DNA from: Sulfurimonadaceae bacterium
GTDB taxonomy: Bacteria; Campylobacterota; Campylobacteria; Campylobacterales; Sulfurimonadaceae
DNA length: 25,182 nucleotides
Assembly (NCBI GenBank): GCA_041548245.1
Contig: JBFESZ010000024.1
Span: 1-25,182 of the forward strand
Direction: 5' to 3'
Part shown: one piece after another, positions 22,776 through 25,182 of the stretch
Layout: each line of letters begins with the position of its first letter
Position numbering within the stretch: position 1 is the first letter of the stretch
The notes under the pieces: model-generated
Databases searched by the model: none
The model's input: only the letters and a program-made list of their open reading frames with translations
Told to the model about the DNA's origin: nothing
Position numbers and translations under genes: made by a program

Positions 22776-22823
22776 TGGGTTTTTCTGATATATATTTTCT
22801 TGTAAAAAGTGGTGGCGCTTGTA

Positions 22824-22864
22824 ATTGTTTTAATCCTGATATTAATAATAAGGATTAAAACAAT
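22824..22864. repeat. Perfect 14-bp inverted repeat with 13-nt spacer (operator or terminator)
   Basis: ATTGTTTTAATCCT (22824-22837) and AGGATTAAAACAAT (22851-22864). Confidence 0.8.
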
Positions 22865-22872
22865 AGGTTTAC

Positions 22873-22901
22873 TTGACTATGGTGTGATTCTGTGATATAA
22901 T
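22873..22901 (+). promoter_or_regulatory. Sigma70 promoter for the DUF4395-Rrf2 operon
   Basis: TTGACT (22873-22878), 17-nt spacer, TATAAT (22896-22901) with TG extension. Confidence 0.75.
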
Positions 22902-22930
22902 TTTGATAAACTATAATGAAGGCTGATTAG

Positions 22931-23362
22931 ATGGCACCAGCATGTCCTATAACTTTTCGTCAAATTGATGGAACTATTATCCGTATTAATGCGTTAAGTA
23001 TCAGTCTGATGCTTTTGGCTTATCTATTTACTTCAGAAATATTATTGATTTATGTGTTAGGTATTGATCTTATCATTCGTCTTTTTATCAATAAAGCACT
23101 CAGTCCAATAAATCAGCTCAGCCATCTTATAAAGATGCTGATTCGTGCCAAGACTGTTAAGACAGATGCAGGTGCAAAACGTTTGGCAGCTTATTTTGCA
23201 CTGGGCTTTTCATGGGCAGTGGTTGCTTTACATCTTTTTGAACTCTTTGATATAGCTAAAGCTGTGACGATAATTTTCGTCGTATGCAGTTTGATGGAGC
23301 TTTTTTTTAACTATTGCGTAGGATGCAAAATTTACTTTATCTATAAAAAACTGGTAGCGTAA
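22931..23362 (+). CDS. DUF4395-like membrane protein
   Basis: About 4 TM helices, KRLAAYFAL and the C-terminal FNYCVGCKIY motif; N-terminal ACP. Confidence 0.8.
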   Translation: MAPACPITFRQIDGTIIRINALSISLMLLAYLFTSEILLIYVLGIDLIIRLFINKALSPINQLSHLIKMLIRAKTVKTDAGAKRLAAYFALGFSWAVVALHLFELFDIAKAVTIIFVVCSLMELFFNYCVGCKIYFIYKKLVA

Positions 23363-23763
23363 TGGCAGGTATATCAACCAAGGGCCTTTATGGTCTTGCG
23401 GCGATGTATGAACTTTCTCATGCCTCTACTGAAAAACCATTGCAGATAAAAGAGATAGCATCTACTGCAGATATTCCTCACAACTATCTTGAACAACTTC
23501 TTTCAAGCTTACGAAAGGCAGGGCTTGTGAAAAGTATCCGTGGTGCGCATGGAGGTTATTTTTTGGGTCGTAAACCTGAAGAGATTTCAGTTCTGGAAAT
23601 TTTAGAGGTGTTAGAAGGCAGTATCTGTAAGATGGATATGAAAACATCCAGCCCTGTGCTTGAGATGTTTTGGCATGACACACATTCGAAGGTTCAAGAA
23701 CTTTTCACTCTTAAACTATCTGATCTTGACAGGCATTATCAACAAATCAGCTTTGACATCTGA
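23362..23763 (+). CDS. Rrf2 family transcriptional regulator (CymR-like, no Fe-S Cys triad)
   Basis: ISTKGLYGL, YLEQLLSSLRKAGLVKSIRGAHGGYFL, EILEVLEG. TAATG coupling to the upstream gene. Confidence 0.93.
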   Translation: MAGISTKGLYGLAAMYELSHASTEKPLQIKEIASTADIPHNYLEQLLSSLRKAGLVKSIRGAHGGYFLGRKPEEISVLEILEVLEGSICKMDMKTSSPVLEMFWHDTHSKVQELFTLKLSDLDRHYQQISFDI

Positions 23764-24561
23764 TCAGAACTTACTGGCGACTTGATGGTACACGCGGGTC
23801 GCTTTGACTTCTCCAATCCAGAATACATCATCTAAAACAGCTTCTTTCATATGACCATCACTGTCAAAAGCGATGAGTACATCAACTGTTTTCTCCTCTT
23901 TATCAATAGGTGTTACCTTTAAATTGTAGATATTATCGGTATTCTTAGAAAAGTTATCAAGGGCCTTTACTCTTTTTGATCCTTCTAGAAATGAGAGCGT
24001 GATTTTCTTTTTATCATTATGTGCTCCGACAGCAAGTAGATCGTACTCTTTATGTTGTGCATTACAGCTCTGTTTAGTATTTAGATATGAGCTTAAGAGA
24101 TCATCTTCATTATAATAAGGAAGTATTGAACGTGAGTTGGAGTGCTCCAAAACATCTTTTTCGATGAGTTTAAAAGCGAGGGCGTCAAATGTTTTACGAG
24201 AGACAACTTTACTCTCCTCCTCGATAAGGGTGATCTCTTGTTTAAGATGATCAAATCGATAGGTTTGAACTCTTTCTCCCCGCGTTGTTTTTTTGATCTT
24301 GACAAAGGTTTCAGGCATATATTTATTTGCGATGATATGCCCCTTGCTAATATAGGTCTCTATCCTATTTCCAGTTAGTGTCGCGGCAGTACCAGTAGTT
24401 GTCGCTGTAAGTTTAATCTCATAGTTGTCAGCATCTTCTTTTAGGATAAGATCTGCATAACCAACCTTGCCGAACATATTAACATCCACATCGTATCGTG
24501 TTGAAAAATCCATTGCGAGCAATGAAGTGGTGAAGATAATTGTTATCATCAACAATCTCAT
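23764..24561 (-). CDS. Secreted beta-rich protein, DUF3108-like
   Basis: Signal peptide MRLLMITIIFTTSLLA; SD AAGGAG before ATG 24561. The family call is by resemblance only. Confidence 0.7.
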   Translation of the reverse strand: MRLLMITIIFTTSLLAMDFSTRYDVDVNMFGKVGYADLILKEDADNYEIKLTATTTGTAATLTGNRIETYISKGHIIANKYMPETFVKIKKTTRGERVQTYRFDHLKQEITLIEEESKVVSRKTFDALAFKLIEKDVLEHSNSRSILPYYNEDDLLSSYLNTKQSCNAQHKEYDLLAVGAHNDKKKITLSFLEGSKRVKALDNFSKNTDNIYNLKVTPIDKEEKTVDVLIAFDSDGHMKEAVLDDVFWIGEVKATRVYHQVASKF

Positions 24562-24633
24562 GGAAACTCCTTTTACTGTACTGTAGTGAGTAAAAGTGTA
24601 GAAATTGTGCAAAGAGATGTATGATTGCTTCGC

Positions 24634-24639
24634 TATAAT
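24634..24639 (+). promoter_or_regulatory. -10 box of a probable leaderless transcript
   Basis: TATAAT followed by 6 nt and then ATG 24646; no SD. Confidence 0.6.
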
Positions 24640-24645
24640 ACATTT

Positions 24646-25182
24646 ATGAAATATATTTTGACAACTATGGTTTTAATCTTAACTCTTTTTTCTTTTAATG
24701 CGTGTCAGTTTTTTGAAGACTCTCCTGAACTACAGCAGAAAAAACAAGAGCTTGAATTGAAAAAGCTTCAAGTGATGCATGAAAATGAATTGGCCGCTTT
24801 ACAGATGCAACAGTCATTGGCTACTATCGAAAAAGAGAAAGCAGTGGAACTGCAAAAACTTCAAAACGATATCAAAGCCAAAGAGTTGGATAGAAACAGT
24901 GAAAAAGAACTTGAACTTATAAAACAGAAAATCGCACTTCAGGAAAGTAATAATACACTGAATTTTCAGATGTCTCTGTTTGCTTTTTTAGCCTTGAGTC
25001 TAAGTATAATCTCATTTTTTATCTTTTACTTTTTTAAACGAAAAAGGGAAGATGAGCTGCGTGCCTATAATGATAATCTGAAAAAGTACTTTTATCAAAA
25101 AGAGAATGAGGCCCGCTTGAAAATTGCTTCTCAGATACTTGAGACGGTTGCCCATGGGAATATAAGTAAAGAGAACGAGCAG
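24646..25182 (+). CDS. Lipoprotein-signal, coiled-coil, transmembrane protein, 3' truncated
   Basis: Manual translation gives 179 open codons: MKYILTTMVLILTLFSFNAC, an E/K/Q/L-rich helix, TM segment SLFAFLALSLSIISFFIFYFF, then KRKR. Confidence 0.85.
   Translation, partial: MKYILTTMVLILTLFSFNACQFFEDSPELQQKKQELELKKLQVMHENELAALQMQQSLATIEKEKAVELQKLQNDIKAKELDRNSEKELELIKQKIALQESNNTLNFQMSLFAFLALSLSIISFFIFYFFKRKREDELRAYNDNLKKYFYQKENEARLKIASQILETVAHGNISKENEQ

Overview
Mostly housekeeping chromosome from a Campylobacterota (Epsilonproteobacteria), probably Sulfurimonas/Sulfurovum-like; the taxon is inferred from gene order, protein style and TGnTATAAT/AAGGA signals. + strand order: ileS (5' truncated), an uncalled 38-aa membrane microprotein, gatA, guaB, a structured ~265-nt intergenic region, metY, metX, xseB, a nitrilase-fold protein lacking catalytic residues, a 7TM-DISM histidine kinase, a ThiF/MoeB-family protein and a methyltransferase-GNAT fusion. 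Then a lipoprotein cytochrome c (- strand), dapC-like aminotransferase, hypothetical, murC, small membrane protein, mutS2, ligA, msrB, tlyA, ribF, DUF4395-like, Rrf2 regulator, a secreted protein (- strand) and an uncalled, 3' truncated lipoprotein/coiled-coil/TM gene. I saw no tRNA, rRNA, CRISPR, transposase or phage gene. The best novelty candidate is the multi-stem element with alternative pairings upstream of metY-metX, a possible new methionine/sulfur cis-regulatory RNA. All pairings and family calls were made by eye; no folding or database search was run.
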